From: Octopus sinensis
Taxonomy: Eukaryota
Direction: 5' to 3'
DNA length: 64,000 nucleotides
Assembly: GCF_006345805.1 (NCBI RefSeq)
Contig: NC_042998.1
Location: forward strand, 104,098,001 to 104,162,000
Each line of letters starts with the position of its first letter. Position 1 is the first letter of the stretch. Position numbers and translations under genes: made by a program. This document shows positions 1-12,437 of the stretch, in pieces. Under the pieces are notes generated by a model. It was not told the origin of the DNA, ran no database searches, and saw only the letters and a program-made list of their open reading frames with translations.

Positions 1-120
1 ATATATATGTGTGTGTGTGTGTATGTGTGTGTGTGTGTGTATATATATATATGTATGTATAAGTATATATATAGAAGTGCGTACCCATGTGTGTGTGTGC
101 ATATGTATTTGCATGGGTGC
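1..120. repeat. (TG)/(TA) dinucleotide microsatellite
   Basis: Directly visible alternating TG/TA runs. Confidence 0.95.
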
Positions 121-528
121 GTACATGTGTGGTGTACGTATGTATCTGTGTGTGTTTCTCGTCTTATACGAATTTCGGTTTGGGAGGAGAATGTCAGCCA
201 AATGCTGAACTTGGAACTGAGGTTTTTACTGGCGTAATGTCACCAAGAGAATACTGCACCGCCACCACTACCACCACCACCACCAACAAAAACAACAACA
301 ACGACGACAGCAGCAACAACAAAAACAACTACAAAGTACACAAAAGTTGTGAAAACGGGAACATAAATATACAGATGAAATAAAACAGAAGGTCAAATGC
401 ACATTCGTTGTCGCTAATTGACCACTCTATATAGACTACGTCGGAAGCGGTGCATTGATCAATTTGTACAAACATGTCTTCCCACTCCCTCTATGCGCAC
501 GCATGCGTTCATCCTTGAATGCATCCTT

Positions 529-565
<37 letters not shown>

Positions 566-736
566 CCTATTTGTAATGTCATGCATGAGTAAGTAGCCAT
601 AAGATTGAAGAGATATTCATAACAGCAGACGAAAGAGAATAGAGGTTGCACAATAAATGACGCTACAACTGCAATACCAAAACGATCCTTAGCGCAAAAT
701 TGATTTCATATTCATTTAAAAATATAATGCTCTCTC

Positions 737-784
<48 letters not shown>

Positions 785-837
785 ACCCACTCTTTCTCCT
801 CACTCCGTCCCTCTGAACAACATACATATATATATAG

Positions 838-1012
838 ATAGATCGTTAGCCACTATACACATTTTTTTCGCTCCTTGTCTTTTCTGTGTCCCTTTCTGTA
901 GAAGAGCGTAGGCTCGAAACAAAAGAATTTTTCTATTCCTGAGCGTTATACTAATACATCTGCTTCATTTGTACACCACCTGTCTCCGTCTTTTGTTTTT
1001 TTCGTAAACTCT

Positions 1013-1015
<3 letters not shown>
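838..1015 (+). mobile_element. Short Penelope-like terminal element, hammerhead family B
   Basis: About 180-bp unit also present inverted at 2685-2880 and diverged at 25900-26095; contains a hammerhead-like motif; 3' end abuts (TA)n at 1016-1055. Confidence 0.7.
892..925 (+). ncRNA. Degenerate minimal type I hammerhead motif (family B; cleavage triplet damaged)
   Basis: CTTT-CTGTAGA-A-GAGC-GTAG-GCTC-GAAAC-AAAAG; lacks the GT of GUA relative to the copy at 2777-2812. Confidence 0.55.
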
Positions 1016-1055
<40 letters not shown>

Positions 1056-1059
<4 letters not shown>

Positions 1060-1340
1060 AATCCAAACGGGAAAACAAAAAAACAACAACAGTGGAACAA
1101 TTACAGTATTATTATTAATAGGCGCTCAGGATATATGGAAGCAGGAAGGTATGACGTTTCGAGCGGAGCTCTTCGTCGGAAACATAAAGAAGGAAGAGAG
1201 AGGAAAGAAAGATCCCAAAGCGGGCAACAGGAGATGGAGAAAAAAACGACTGGTGTTTACGAAGTACACATGGTGAAAGGCGGAAGTTTACGAACACAAG
1301 AGCAAAGTAGGTTTTTAAAGCCAAAAGAGTGGAGACAGGG
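1056..1340 (-). mobile_element. Short Penelope-like terminal element, hammerhead family A
   Basis: Homologous to 36465-36612; carries CCGACGA-A-GAGC-TCC-GCTC-GAAACGTC on the minus strand (1148-1185); 3' end abuts (TA)n. Confidence 0.7.
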
Positions 1341-1344
1341 TTGG

Positions 1345-2319
1345 TAACGCAACAGATGTGTGTGTATGTGTGAGTGTGTGCGTCTGCGTGTGTGTATGTG
1401 TGTGTGAGGCGAGATAAAAAAACAAAAAATATATGTATGTGTTAGTGTGTGCGTCTGTGTGTAGGCGTGTGAGGTAGGGCGAGACAGTAGTAGGCATAGC
1501 AGACAGTGGTCAGTAGTAAGAAAATGAAGGAAGGAGGAAGGGAGGGAGGGGAAGGGTGGGGGCGTATGTAACGTGCCAGCGTGTGTTGAGTAGTAGTGTG
1601 TGTGTGTGTCCATTGTCGTGGTAGTATTAATGGCGAGTAGATTGAATGTGTGTAAGAGTAATGTATATATTTAAGCAATGTGTGTGTGTGAGTGGGTGTG
1701 TATATGTGTGCGCGCGTGTGTAACAAAAAAGGGGGGGTTAAGGAAAAAGGACTCCAGCTGAGGGGAAGATGGAAGAGTGGTCCCGCGGAGACGGGCGTGG
1801 AAGAACCCGACGACAAGCGACGGTCCCAGGAACCAGCGGAAGGTCTCGTCGGGTCCAAGAGCGAGGTGCATGCAGCGCGTATGAGTGCGCGAACCGGCGC
1901 AAGCGCGTGTGTGCGCGCGCCTGCGAGTATGCGCGTAAGTATGTATGTGTGTGGATGTGTGAGTGTGTCTGTGTGTATGTCTGGGTGTCTGTGTGTATGT
2001 CTGGGTGTCAGTGTGTCCGATGAATGTATGTGAGTATGTGTGTATATATGTGTGTGCATAGATGTATGTCCGTGTGTGTGTGTGTGTGTATGTGTATGAG
2101 TGTGTATGTATGTACGTGTGGGTGTGTGGAAGTGTGTGTACGTGCATGTGTGTGCGCGTACATACAGGTGTGTGAGTGAGTGTGTGTGTGTGTGTATGTA
2201 TGTGTGAGTGTGTATGTATGTGTGTGTAGGATGCATGTATGTGTATGGGTGTATGTATGTGTGTGTGTATGTATGTGTACGTGCGTGTGTGTGTGTGTGC
2301 ATGTGTGTGGGTATATATG

Positions 2320-2370
<51 letters not shown>

Positions 2371-2420
2371 GTATATGTATTTATGTACACACACACATGT
2401 ATGCATGCATAAATATGTGT
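1345..2420. repeat. Compound degenerate (TG)/(TA)/(TATG) microsatellite tract
   Basis: Low-complexity runs that generate the HT/VC/IY pseudo-ORFs. Confidence 0.9.
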
Positions 2421-2684
2421 GAGCATCTATGTATATCTGCTCATCTATCTTTATATTCTTTCACTTGTTTCAGTCATTTGAATGCAGCCATGCTGGAGCA
2501 CCGCTTTTAATCGAGCAAATCGGAGCCCAGGACTTATTCTTTGTAAGCCTACTACATATCCTATCGTTTTCTTTTGCAGAACTACTATGTTACGGGGACC
2601 TAAACACACCAACATCAGTTGTCAAGCGATGATGGGTGGGGGAACAAACACAGACATAGAAACATATATATATGTATATATATA

Positions 2685-2880
2685 TAAGGAGAGTTTACGA
2701 AAAAAACAAAAGACGAAGACAGCTGGTGTACAAAACAAACAGATGTATTAGTATAACGCTCAGGAATAGAAAAAGTCTTTTACGTTTCGAGCCTACGCTC
2801 TTCTACAGAAAGGGACACAGAAAAAACAAGGAGAGAAACAAGGAGAGAAAAAAATGTGTGTAGTGGCTAACAATCTATCA
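2685..2880 (-). mobile_element. Short Penelope-like terminal element, hammerhead family B (nested in SINE)
   Basis: Inverted homolog of 838-1015; lies inside the internal microsatellite of a family 1 SINE. Confidence 0.75.
2777..2812 (-). ncRNA. Minimal type I hammerhead ribozyme motif, A6U core variant
   Basis: Minus strand CTTT-CTGTAGA-A-GAGC-GTAG-GCTC-GAAA-C-GTA-AAAG: 4-bp stem I, 4-bp stem II, palindromic ACGT stem III, GUA triplet. Confidence 0.65.
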
Positions 2881-2893
2881 TGGTGACTATATA

Positions 2894-3014
<121 letters not shown>

Positions 3015-3189
3015 ATATATATATATATATATATGATGAGCGCTCTCAGTTTCCGTCTACTAAATCCACACACAGGAATTGCTCGGACCGAGGCTATAGT
3101 AGAAGACACTTGCACAAGGTGCCACGCAGTAGGATTGAACCTAGGACCTTGTAGTTGAGAAGTAAGCATATATTTTTTTTTTTATTCTC

Positions 3190-3327
3190 CAGCCCGTATG
3201 TGAAAGTCGATCTCAAACTCCGCGGTAACTGTTCCATCTGTTTGCATTCAAATCCCCTTAAAATGAAAGACGAAATGCCGATAAGCATTTTGTCCGGCGC
3301 AGAAACAATTCCACCATCTCGCCTCAT
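3190..3327 (-). mobile_element. Degenerate SINE family 2 head
   Basis: Reverse complement resembles GGCGAGCTGGCAGAA...GAAATGCTTAGCGGTATTTCGTC...GAGTTCAAAT. Confidence 0.6.
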
Positions 3328-3654
3328 TATATTATACTAATGTTTTTTCATGCAGAATTACATTTCATGTAAAAATTCCCTCCAAAATTGAATGCTTGGC
3401 AGGGGAGGCAGTACATTTTGTATTCTAAATATAACTCAAAGAGAAGAAAATGAAAGAGGAATAAAGAAGGAAAGGAGAAGAGAGAAAGAAAGTAAAATAA
3501 CTTTCAGTGATGACCAAACCGCACCTGTTTTTTTCTCTTTTTTTTTTTTTTGAAGCGGTCACCATCCTTAAACGCATTCCAATACAATGGTAAAGGACTA
3601 AATAAATAAATGGTGAATAGGAAGGGGGATACTCCTCTTCAGCTCTACCTTACC

Positions 3655-3673
3655 TATCTGTCTATCACTATGA

Positions 3674-3737
<64 letters not shown>

Positions 3738-3790
3738 ATCTATCTATCCATCTATCTATCAGCCTATTTACCTACCTATATTTCTATCTA
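3655..3790. repeat. (TCTA)n tetranucleotide microsatellite
   Basis: Directly visible. Confidence 0.95.
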
Positions 3791-3929
3791 TCTCCATTGA
3801 AAACAGAGGGTTACCCACTTGCAAACAAATGTGGTAACATATAACAATATTGACCAAGGTTACCGTGATCTTTTTCGTAGGCTTTTCTTCCTACGGACAA
3901 ACCTTACTTGCTTTCCCCTTTACACCATA

Positions 3930-5094
3930 GGATCTTTTCTATTTTGAGGCCAGTTTTTTCAAATTTTTCCTACTGAACCAAACAATTTGAAACTTCGTAT
4001 ACTGGTAGAATGTGTCAAAAGTAAAGTTAATTGTAAACCAGAATGAAAACGGAATTGTAACTTCTAAGTTTAACGTTGTTTAATAATTAGAATTTTAACC
4101 CATGATATTCCGTCATTCGGCTTTATTTTATTTACTCCGTCTCGACCACCAATTTCGTGACGTATTTAACATCTTAAATGTAAACAAGTCAGCCACCTTC
4201 TAATAACAATATTTAAAACTAGTTAATAAGCCACATGTATTAAATTGAAAATGTTTCCATTCTGTATGTCTGCATGTATGTGTGTGTGTATGTATGTGTA
4301 AGTATGTTGGTGTGTGTATGTATGTGTGTGTGTATGTATGTATAGCCGATTCATCGTAATCGTAATTACGATGAATTGGCCATACATACATAGATACATA
4401 CACACACACACATACATGCAGACATACATATACACATACACCGAGTAAAAAATTTCAGTTATCTCTCTCTTTCACACATTACTCTCTCTGTCTCTTCACA
4501 CACACTAACAGAAGCACTTCACTTACACAACATACTGTCTCCCACACCCCATCAAACACACACACACACACACATGTACATCAATGCTTCCCATGCACGG
4601 TAACTTCAAAGACAAACTTCCCTCGTCATAAAATCGCTTCCTCTTAGTCTCTTTCGCTCTCATTACTTATGTAAAAAAATAAAAGTTTTTTACGGAAATC
4701 GACGAAAAACTTGTGCTACGACAAGCGAAACTTCGCCGAAATTTAATATTAAAAAAGCAAAGAGCTGGCAGAAACGTTAGCACGCCGGGCAAAATGCGTA
4801 GCCGTATTTCGTCTGCCGTGTTTGTTTACAGTTTTCCGAACGTTAGTACGTCACAAAAGCGCTTTCTACGTCACACTAATAGAATGCAGTCAAGTTTTAC
4901 ACATGAAAACAAACAATCTGATTGGTTAAAATTCGCAGTTTTAATCTACGATTAAAGTCATAAAATAGATTTTTCTCAAATAAACTAGTTCCAACCTGTG
5001 TCTTGTTTTGCTAGACTCTATCAGCATACGAAGTTTCAGATTATTTAGTTAAGTAGAAAGATCTGTGGTCCTGGCTTCAGAATAGAAAAGATCC
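3930..5094. mobile_element. Non-autonomous TIR transposon, Merlin-like (GGATC termini, 8-bp TSD)
   Basis: 24-bp TIRs GGATCTTTTCTATTYTGARGCCAG with 2 mismatches; perfect TSD ACACCATA at 3922-3929 and 5095-5102; contains a microsatellite and a SINE family 2 fragment (about 4755-4830). Merlin assignment rests on GG termini plus 8-bp TSD. Confidence 0.8.
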
Positions 5095-5633
5095 ACACCA
5101 TATATCATAACACTGTGATACACGATCCCTATTGATCGTTTTGTTTCCCTCTTCCCCCTTTTTTCCCCCTTTTTTCTTCTTTTTTTTCATTTCTCTTTCC
5201 TTTTGTTCCTTTTCCTTTTTCTTTTTTTTCTTTTTATTCCTTTTATTTTATTCAAATTTTTTTTTGTTCTTTTCTTCCCTTTTACGATCCCTCTTGATCG
5301 AAACCTACTCCACCCCTTTTTTTTTCTTCTTTTTTCTTTTGTTTTTTGTTCTCTTCATCCCCCAAAAGAAAAGCTCTACCTTGTAACTTGTCCCATCTGT
5401 GTGCAGCCCTGTGTGGCCAATAAAGAAACTTATCTCCATTGTCATGGAACCTCACCCAAATAAACAAAAACTATGTTCTCTTCTAAACAACCCCCACCCC
5501 AAGAAAAAACATCTGTTTCATATAAGCTGTTTGTACATTCACAAAATTGTATTTGACATGTTCGAACGAAAGCGGTAATAATAATGAAGAAATAAAAAGA
5601 TTTTTTTCAAAAATTCTGACGACTTTTTTACTC

Positions 5634-5674
<41 letters not shown>

Positions 5675-5679
<5 letters not shown>

Positions 5680-6538
5680 GGGTGTGGTGAATAAATTGGC
5701 GTCTAAATGAAAATGACATTTTCTCATTTTAGCAGATATGTATACCAAAATTACATAAAAATATCTTGAAATACTAAAGAGAAAATTTATTCAATAAAAT
5801 AGCCATTACCTTCAGACGACTTCAGAATCTCCTGCAACTCTTCTGGATCGTCTCCTTGTTTAAGTTGGTGAATGCTGCCATAATCCTGCCTTCAGTACAT
5901 CTTTGGTATTACAAGGAGTTTTGTTGGTCTCTCGCTCAACTGCGCCCCACACCTAATACTCAAGAGGTTTGCAGTCTGGATACTTGCGTGGCCAGATGTT
6001 AGGTGTTATGTAGTCGCAGAAATTGTCTGATAGACATGACGGTGTTCTGTTTGTGTGGCATGGTGCAGTTCTGTTGCCAGACATGGAGTCTTCCAGCAGC
6101 CACCCTGTTTTCCAAGGCCAGCGCTACCTCCTCCAGCACTTGATGTAAGCCTCCTTGTTGAATGTAATGTTGGGTGGAAAGATGAATGGAAGCATAACGT
6201 CGCCATCACTAGTGATCCCTCCAAACACTATGATCTTGACTGGATGTTTGATTTTTTTTTTCACTCTTGGTACATGTCCTCAGATAGCACTGTCCACGGA
6301 TTGACACCCAAACACTCTGAAATGATGGTACTGGAGCTTGCGAAGCGAATACCAAACAGTACATCATGTCGTTTCCAAATTTCTAGAAGTGTGAATTGCG
6401 TCCTGATGCTGTTTTTCTCGGAGACGGTGCCCAACTAACCCTACAGCACTGTGTAGTCGACAACATCAAAAACAAACAATGCACATGCGCAAAATTAAAA
6501 GTATTAAATGGCGACAATTTACCCATCGCAACATATAT
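5675..6538 (-). mobile_element. Internally deleted Tc1/mariner element (maT/DD37D-like transposase relic)
   Basis: Minus-strand translation KHPVKIIVFGGITSDGDVMLPFIFP... and DYITPNIWPRKYPDCKPLEY*VWGAVERETNKTPCNTKD (WPPNSPDLNPLDY-type motif); frameshifts and stops; degenerate TIRs containing TAAATTGtCGcC. Confidence 0.8.
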
Positions 6539-6619
6539 TAGAAGAATAGCTATAACTCTTTGACTGCTATTTCTAAATTCGGTATGTGGTAAGGCAATTC
6601 GTTGCTAAACCCTTTATTG

Positions 6620-6673
<54 letters not shown>

Positions 6674-6723
6674 TAGAGGTTAAATAAGCCACATTAATTG
6701 ATTGATCTCTATTTTCTTATTTT

Positions 6724-6808
<85 letters not shown>

Positions 6809-6859
6809 CGAAGTATATAACGAAATTTTACACGTACAAGCTTACATGTTTGTTTGTAT

Positions 6860-7790
6860 GTATGTCATTATCAGCTTTATTTCGAGATTTCTTGCCAACG
6901 GAGAAGGAGCCAGTTTCTAGCCTAGTTCCATGCTCTTTCATTGGTATTTCAACATCACCAACATGCTGTTTTTGTTCGTATGTATGTATCTATGTATGCA
7001 TGCATGTATGCGTACAGATTTGCATGTTTTGTTTTATGTATCTATTCTCATGCATATACTTGCATATCTATACATGCTCATATATACTTAAATGATAAAC
7101 TTCTGGAAAGTTTTACAAATTTTTATAGTACCAGTGATGAATTAGATCTGTAGTCTTCCAATTGGCTTTCTCCTTTCTGCTTTTCGGAAGCCCAATTCCT
7201 CAAGATTGGTATTTAGGCAGTATGTTACACATATCCTAAGGCCCCATTAATTACAGGTATAAACCTGAAATTGTAATCTAGATAGAGTAACTGCTGATTT
7301 CTCAATAGTTCAGCGAATGTATTCTCTTTTTCACTGATCTTTAGCTTTATGTTAATATCCACTGGGCAGCTGATTTCCATAACTGTACAGTTTTTCTTTA
7401 TTCCAAATCATATCAGGTCTGTTGAACTTACATTTTATTGAGGTTTTACTGGGACATTCCACCAGTACTCCTTTTTATCATGACTAGATCCTTATTTCTT
7501 TGTCCCCGGGCTTATCCTTCGGACGGATTTCTTTATAGAGTGTCCTAACTACATCTTGTCTCATCGGTAAATAATGCTATGATGACATTTCTGGACAACT
7601 ACTTGTGATCTAGGTGATATGTTCGGTGATAACTCCACAAAGTCTGCATCGGTTGTCTTCTTTGGGCATGTATTAAAGGTTATCAGACAAGGAATGTTGC
7701 TCAAGAAACTGCCTTCCAATTCTTATGATGTTATCAGCCTTATGTAGGCAAGCTTGGTCAAGGAAAGCATTTCGGCACTTAGTGGTTAAA
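6860..7790 (-). mobile_element. 5'-truncated RLE-type non-LTR retrotransposon relic (R4/Dong/NeSL-like)
   Basis: Minus strand DNRCRLCGVITEHIT*ITSSCPEMSS (CCHC knuckle), KCKFNRPDMIWNKEK (PD motif), FRFIPVINGALGYV; the 3' UTR extent is approximate. Confidence 0.8.
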
Positions 7791-7796
7791 AGACGT

Positions 7797-7900
7797 TGCA
7801 TGTATGTATGTATGTATGTATGTATGTATGTATGTATGTATGTATGTATGTATGTATGTATGTATGTATGTATGTATGGATGGATGAATGGATGGATGGA
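7797..7900. repeat. (TATG)n/(GGAT)n microsatellite
   Basis: Directly visible. Confidence 0.95.
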
Positions 7901-8224
7901 TGGAGAGAGGGGTGGATTTGTGCATATGTATATATACACGCGCATATATACATAATTCTCTATGAAAACGGTGAAACACGAAGCAGACGAAATCCTAAAT
8001 AATAGCGTTAACTATTGAGTTATAATTCCTTTGGATAGAAAAAGCCCAGGTGCAGCCGTCAACATTTTCTATCTAAACAAATTAATTTACATTCCTTCGA
8101 AGTTTCTAAACTCATAGAACGTGTGTGTATGTGTGTGTGATGTGTATGTGTGTGTGATGTGTATGTGTGTGTGTGTGTCTGTATGTCTTTGTATCTGTAT
8201 GTCTTTGTATCTGTATGTCTTTGT

Positions 8225-8325
8225 GTGTGTGTCTGTATGTCTTTGTCCCTCCACAGTGCTGGACAACCGTTATTGGTGTGTTTACATCCGCGTGACGTAC
8301 CAGTTTGGCAAAGAGCAATCGATGT
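8225..8325 (+). mobile_element. SINE family 1 internal fragment
   Basis: GACAACCGTTATTGGTGTGTTTACATCCGCGTGACG matches the family 1 post-microsatellite body. Confidence 0.6.
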
Positions 8326-8424
8326 AAAAAAAAAAGAATTGGGTTACATTCGCTCAACTAAAAATTTGTCAAGGCGTACAGTTCCCCCAGCACAGACGCA
8401 GTTTAATGACAGAAAAAAGTAAAA

Positions 8425-8518
<94 letters not shown>

Positions 8519-8868
8519 CAGTGTACATTTAAACACATAAGATGTATCCATCACAGGACTACCTGCACGCTAGAGAGGACAGTTAAATTCCAAACCACTA
8601 TTAGGGATAAAAATTCGAAGCGAATGAAAAATAAAAACATTTACCATCTAACTCCTGGACCAATGGTTTCAGACTTTTATTTAGCAAATAAAATAATTTG
8701 CTAGGCGAAGCCTTCTTCAGCCGGTACACCTTAAATTAAATATATATACACGAGGCAATCCAGTATATGCCCCGTGTATATTTTTACACGCTAGGTCACT
8801 GGTAATGGACATTTCTTATATTTCAGACTACCCTTTGATCATATTAATTATATATATATATATATATA

Positions 8869-8919
<51 letters not shown>

Positions 8920-9671
8920 GTGTGTGTGTGTATGTATATTATATACATTTTATGTGTGTACATACGTGTGTACGCCAATAAGCCCAAAGTGACTCAAAGG
9001 CCGAGAGTTTCGAGGAAGGCTTGTTGACTGCCATGCTTCCTGCTTTGAGTCACTTTTATGTTTTTTTGGCAAGTAACATGAACACACTCGCGCATATACT
9101 ACGTGTATATGTGTGTGTGTGTGTAAATAACTACATACATGTATGTATGTATTTATCTACATACAAAGATGCACTAACATATTTACATACATATGAGCGC
9201 TATGTATTTTTGATTGCGATGTGTGTGTTTTTGTGTGCGCATATTTGCGCGCGCGTCTGTATATTTGCATGCATGTGATTTGCCTGCGTAGATTCTACAT
9301 TATTCATTATTTTTGATGTTTGAAAGTGCACAACGAATTAATGTCTTTAAAATTTTGGACATAACCATAAAAGGGGACATTGGAAAACACTCCTAATTAA
9401 ACGTAGGATGTTTCTGCCAAGTGATTATATGAATATGGCCTGTTATCATATTAGCTGAGCTGTCACAAGAAATGCAGCCCCACACCTGAGACCTAGCGAT
9501 TATCACTGAAATGATAAACAGCCAAAAGTAGAGCGAAGGGAGACCGAGAGAAAGAGAAGCGGAAAGAAGTGGGAGAAATAATAGAGCGCGGAGAGTGAAA
9601 GCATACGGGGAAGAATAAAGGAAGTGCGAAAATTAAGCGAAAGAGAGAGCAAAAGCGTGAGAGTCAGTGAC

Positions 9672-9712
<41 letters not shown>

Positions 9713-10074
9713 CAAGAAAGTGAGAGAAAGAGCAAAGAGCGTGAGAGAAAGAGAAAGATGGGAAACAACAAAAATACAGACAGTAAGAAGGAGAGAGGTT
9801 AAGAGATAGGGATTTAAAGAAAGATAAAGAAAAGGGATACTGTGAGATGTAGAATTGGTGAATTAAGAATTCTTGGAAATTGAGGGTTAAGAAATTCATT
9901 GATACTAAAAGAGACTGATAGTTTAGGAATTAAAAGCAAAGGACTGCAAAAGCGTCAAGTAAAAGAGAGATAAATAGAGATGGATGTTTAGCTAGACCGA
10001 TCGATTGATCGATAAAAGACAGGCAGACAGACAGACAGACAAACAGACAGATAGATAGATAGATAGATAGATAG

Positions 10075-10107
<33 letters not shown>

Positions 10108-10147
10108 TAGATAGATAAGAAAGAATTTTTGTCTGATAGGGTATTTA

Positions 10148-10349
10148 CGAGGTGGGTGCTGAAAAGCTCCTCAAAATATAGGAGAATCAGTTAATTACGA
10201 TTTTATCCAACGTTTTTCTCCTCTAAGGTTTACACATTTATTACAGCGGTCCTTCAGTTGTAAGCCCTGCACAAGTACTCGAAAGATTGGTCCTCCACCT
10301 AGGCCTTTCACGATACCCTTAGAGCCAGGAACTTTTCAGTATCGCTTCG
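10148..10349. mobile_element. Mariner-derived MITE
   Basis: TA-CGAGGTGGGTGCTGAAAAG... at left and ...GCCAGGAACTTTTCAGTATCGCTTCG at right: imperfect mariner-type TIRs. Confidence 0.65.
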
Positions 10350-10849
10350 TGTGTGTACATGTATATGGATGTAGTTTGTGGGAGTAAAAGCCAGTGGTAA
10401 ACAGACAAATAAATCGATAAAAGTAGAAGAACTGACTGAAGGACAATAACGTTAGCCTTCGCTTAAAATTAGAACGATTATTTTGAACATGTGACCCATA
10501 ATGAATATATTTTCGCAAAAACGATTTTCTGTACATTAAATGAGCACATGTATTTTCAGTAAATAACCTTGGAACAAAGGTCGATGTATCGATGCAGTCG
10601 CTAGACCTGCCAGAAATAATAGCCATCTCCCTCAAATCACACGCTGTTGTTTTAATGCGAGACTGACTGGTACATTGGATACTGTGACACCCCACCCCCG
10701 ATGCACACTGTCGGAAGGAAAAGAAGATTGGGTGGTCTTAAAACTTCCGGTCACATGTCTAAAGTTATCAGAACACACATGGGGAGAAACAGAATCAGAT
10801 GTTATTGCATCAGCTTTTATTCAATCGTAATATTTCTTTGATTTTTTTA

Positions 10850-11065
10850 AGGCGACAAGCTGGTTGATTCGTTAGCACACCGGGGGAAATGCTTTGCGGT
10901 ATTTTGTCCACCTTCACGTTCTGAGTTCAAATTTCGCCGAGATCGACTTTGCCTGTCATCCTTCCGGAGTCGATAAAATAAGTACCAGTGAGCACTGAGG
11001 TCGATGTAATCGACTTGGCCCCTTCCCCAAAACTACTGTCCTTGTACCAAACTCCGAAGCCAATA
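10850..11065 (+). mobile_element. tRNA-derived SINE family 2
   Basis: A-box-like head, B box GAGTTCAAATT, central GTCGACTTTGCCTTTCATCC-type domain. Confidence 0.85.
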
Positions 11066-11299
11066 TTTCTTTGTCTTAGAAACAAATATTATGAAATAAA
11101 CGTGTCATTGCAGTCCATAGACTCTTGAAAATAAAAAATATACACGAGATAGAATTCTCTTTCACCAGCCTTGACGGGCATGGGAAGTCATTTATATCGA
11201 CCTTTCGTTCAGATCTAGCTTAAAACCGGTATTCCAACCGTGACTAGCCAATATTTATGTGTGACACAGTATATTAATTCTGTTGAGGTTGTCGTTTTA

Positions 11300-11436
11300 C
11301 CTGAGGCCATTCCTGATAGTCATTGGTCGGCCAGTAGTCATAGCGGAAGACACTTGTCCATGGTGCCATGCGATAAGACTGAACCGGAAACCACGTAGCT
11401 GCGAAACAAGCTTCTTAACCACAACTGTCCTTGCGC
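11300..11436 (-). mobile_element. SINE family 1, 5' part
   Basis: Reverse complement matches the family 1 tRNA-like head and CCTTGGGCAAG-type domain. Confidence 0.75.
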
Positions 11437-12264
11437 CATACATATGCTTGTTTGCGTGTGTGTATGTGTGTGTGTGTGTATCTGTTTGTGTATACTAGCC
11501 CAGTATCCTGTCGTTGCTGGTCAGTTTTTTGACAATAAAATGCCCTTATTTCAATTTGCTTTGTTTCGTGTCACATCATGTCATCTCCGACGAATAGACA
11601 TCTTGATCAGGACAGATTTCTGCATTATTTGGAGCAACTTATAATGTCTCGTTAAACGAAGTTTTGTTTTTACATTTGGTGCATACATGTAAAGATTTTT
11701 CTTAGCTCGCTGCTAGTCAACAGAATAAAATTCCTTACACGCATGCACACACACACACACAAATACAGACAGGCACAGAAACACACACACACATTCACAA
11801 GATAATACAAAACACTTAGCGTGAGCGCAATACGCATGCAGAGAGTGAGAGAAAGTGAGAGAGAGAGATATCTTTTCTGTTGCTGTCACATATTTTGAAA
11901 TTTTAAAATTAAGAGAAAATTTTTAAATTTGCTGAACTGATATACTTTGTCATTCTAAATCCGATTTTTGGATTCTTTTGTTCCATTTGCTAGAGAGTGG
12001 TAGACCTCTCGATATAAATGTTCAGTCATTTCACGTAGAAAACTAAATATTTTGATTAATTATAACCGAACACCTTGTCGTTGGGACGCACATTTCAAAA
12101 ATCATATCCGTTTTGTCCAGGATGCACTGTTTCGGGCCTTTCAGTGATACATACATACATACATACATACATACATACACTCTCATTTATATAATATAAT
12201 TGATAAGTATGCTTGTGTGTGTGTGTTTGTGTGTGTGAAGTAAGAGGGAGAGAGGGAGAGAAAG

Positions 12265-12395
12265 TGCGTGGGTGAGTGAGTGATGGGTGAGTGAGTGAGT
12301 GAATGAGTGAGTAGGTGAGTGAGTGAGTGAGTGAGTGAATGAGTGAGTGAGTGAGTGAGTGAGTGAGTGAGTGAGTGAGTGAGTGAGTGAGTGAA
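12265..12395. repeat. (TGAG)n microsatellite
   Basis: Directly visible. Confidence 0.95.
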
Positions 12396-12437
12396 TGAAG
12401 GTATTCAATAATATTTCTTTATTTCTTTTCATTTAGA

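Noticed and set aside
1442-2426. Long ORFs rich in HT/VC/IY (also 29139-29722, 30961-31398, 36170-36570, 47913-48621, 54515-54967)
   Set aside because: Read-through of di- and tetranucleotide microsatellites; open on both strands and in several frames
6055-6438. 127-aa plus-strand ORF
   Set aside because: Antisense shadow of a Tc1/mariner transposase relic
8697-8725. Minus-strand CTGAAGA-AGGC-TTC-GCCT hammerhead-like motif
   Set aside because: No GAAA, stem III or cleavage triplet; too degenerate to call
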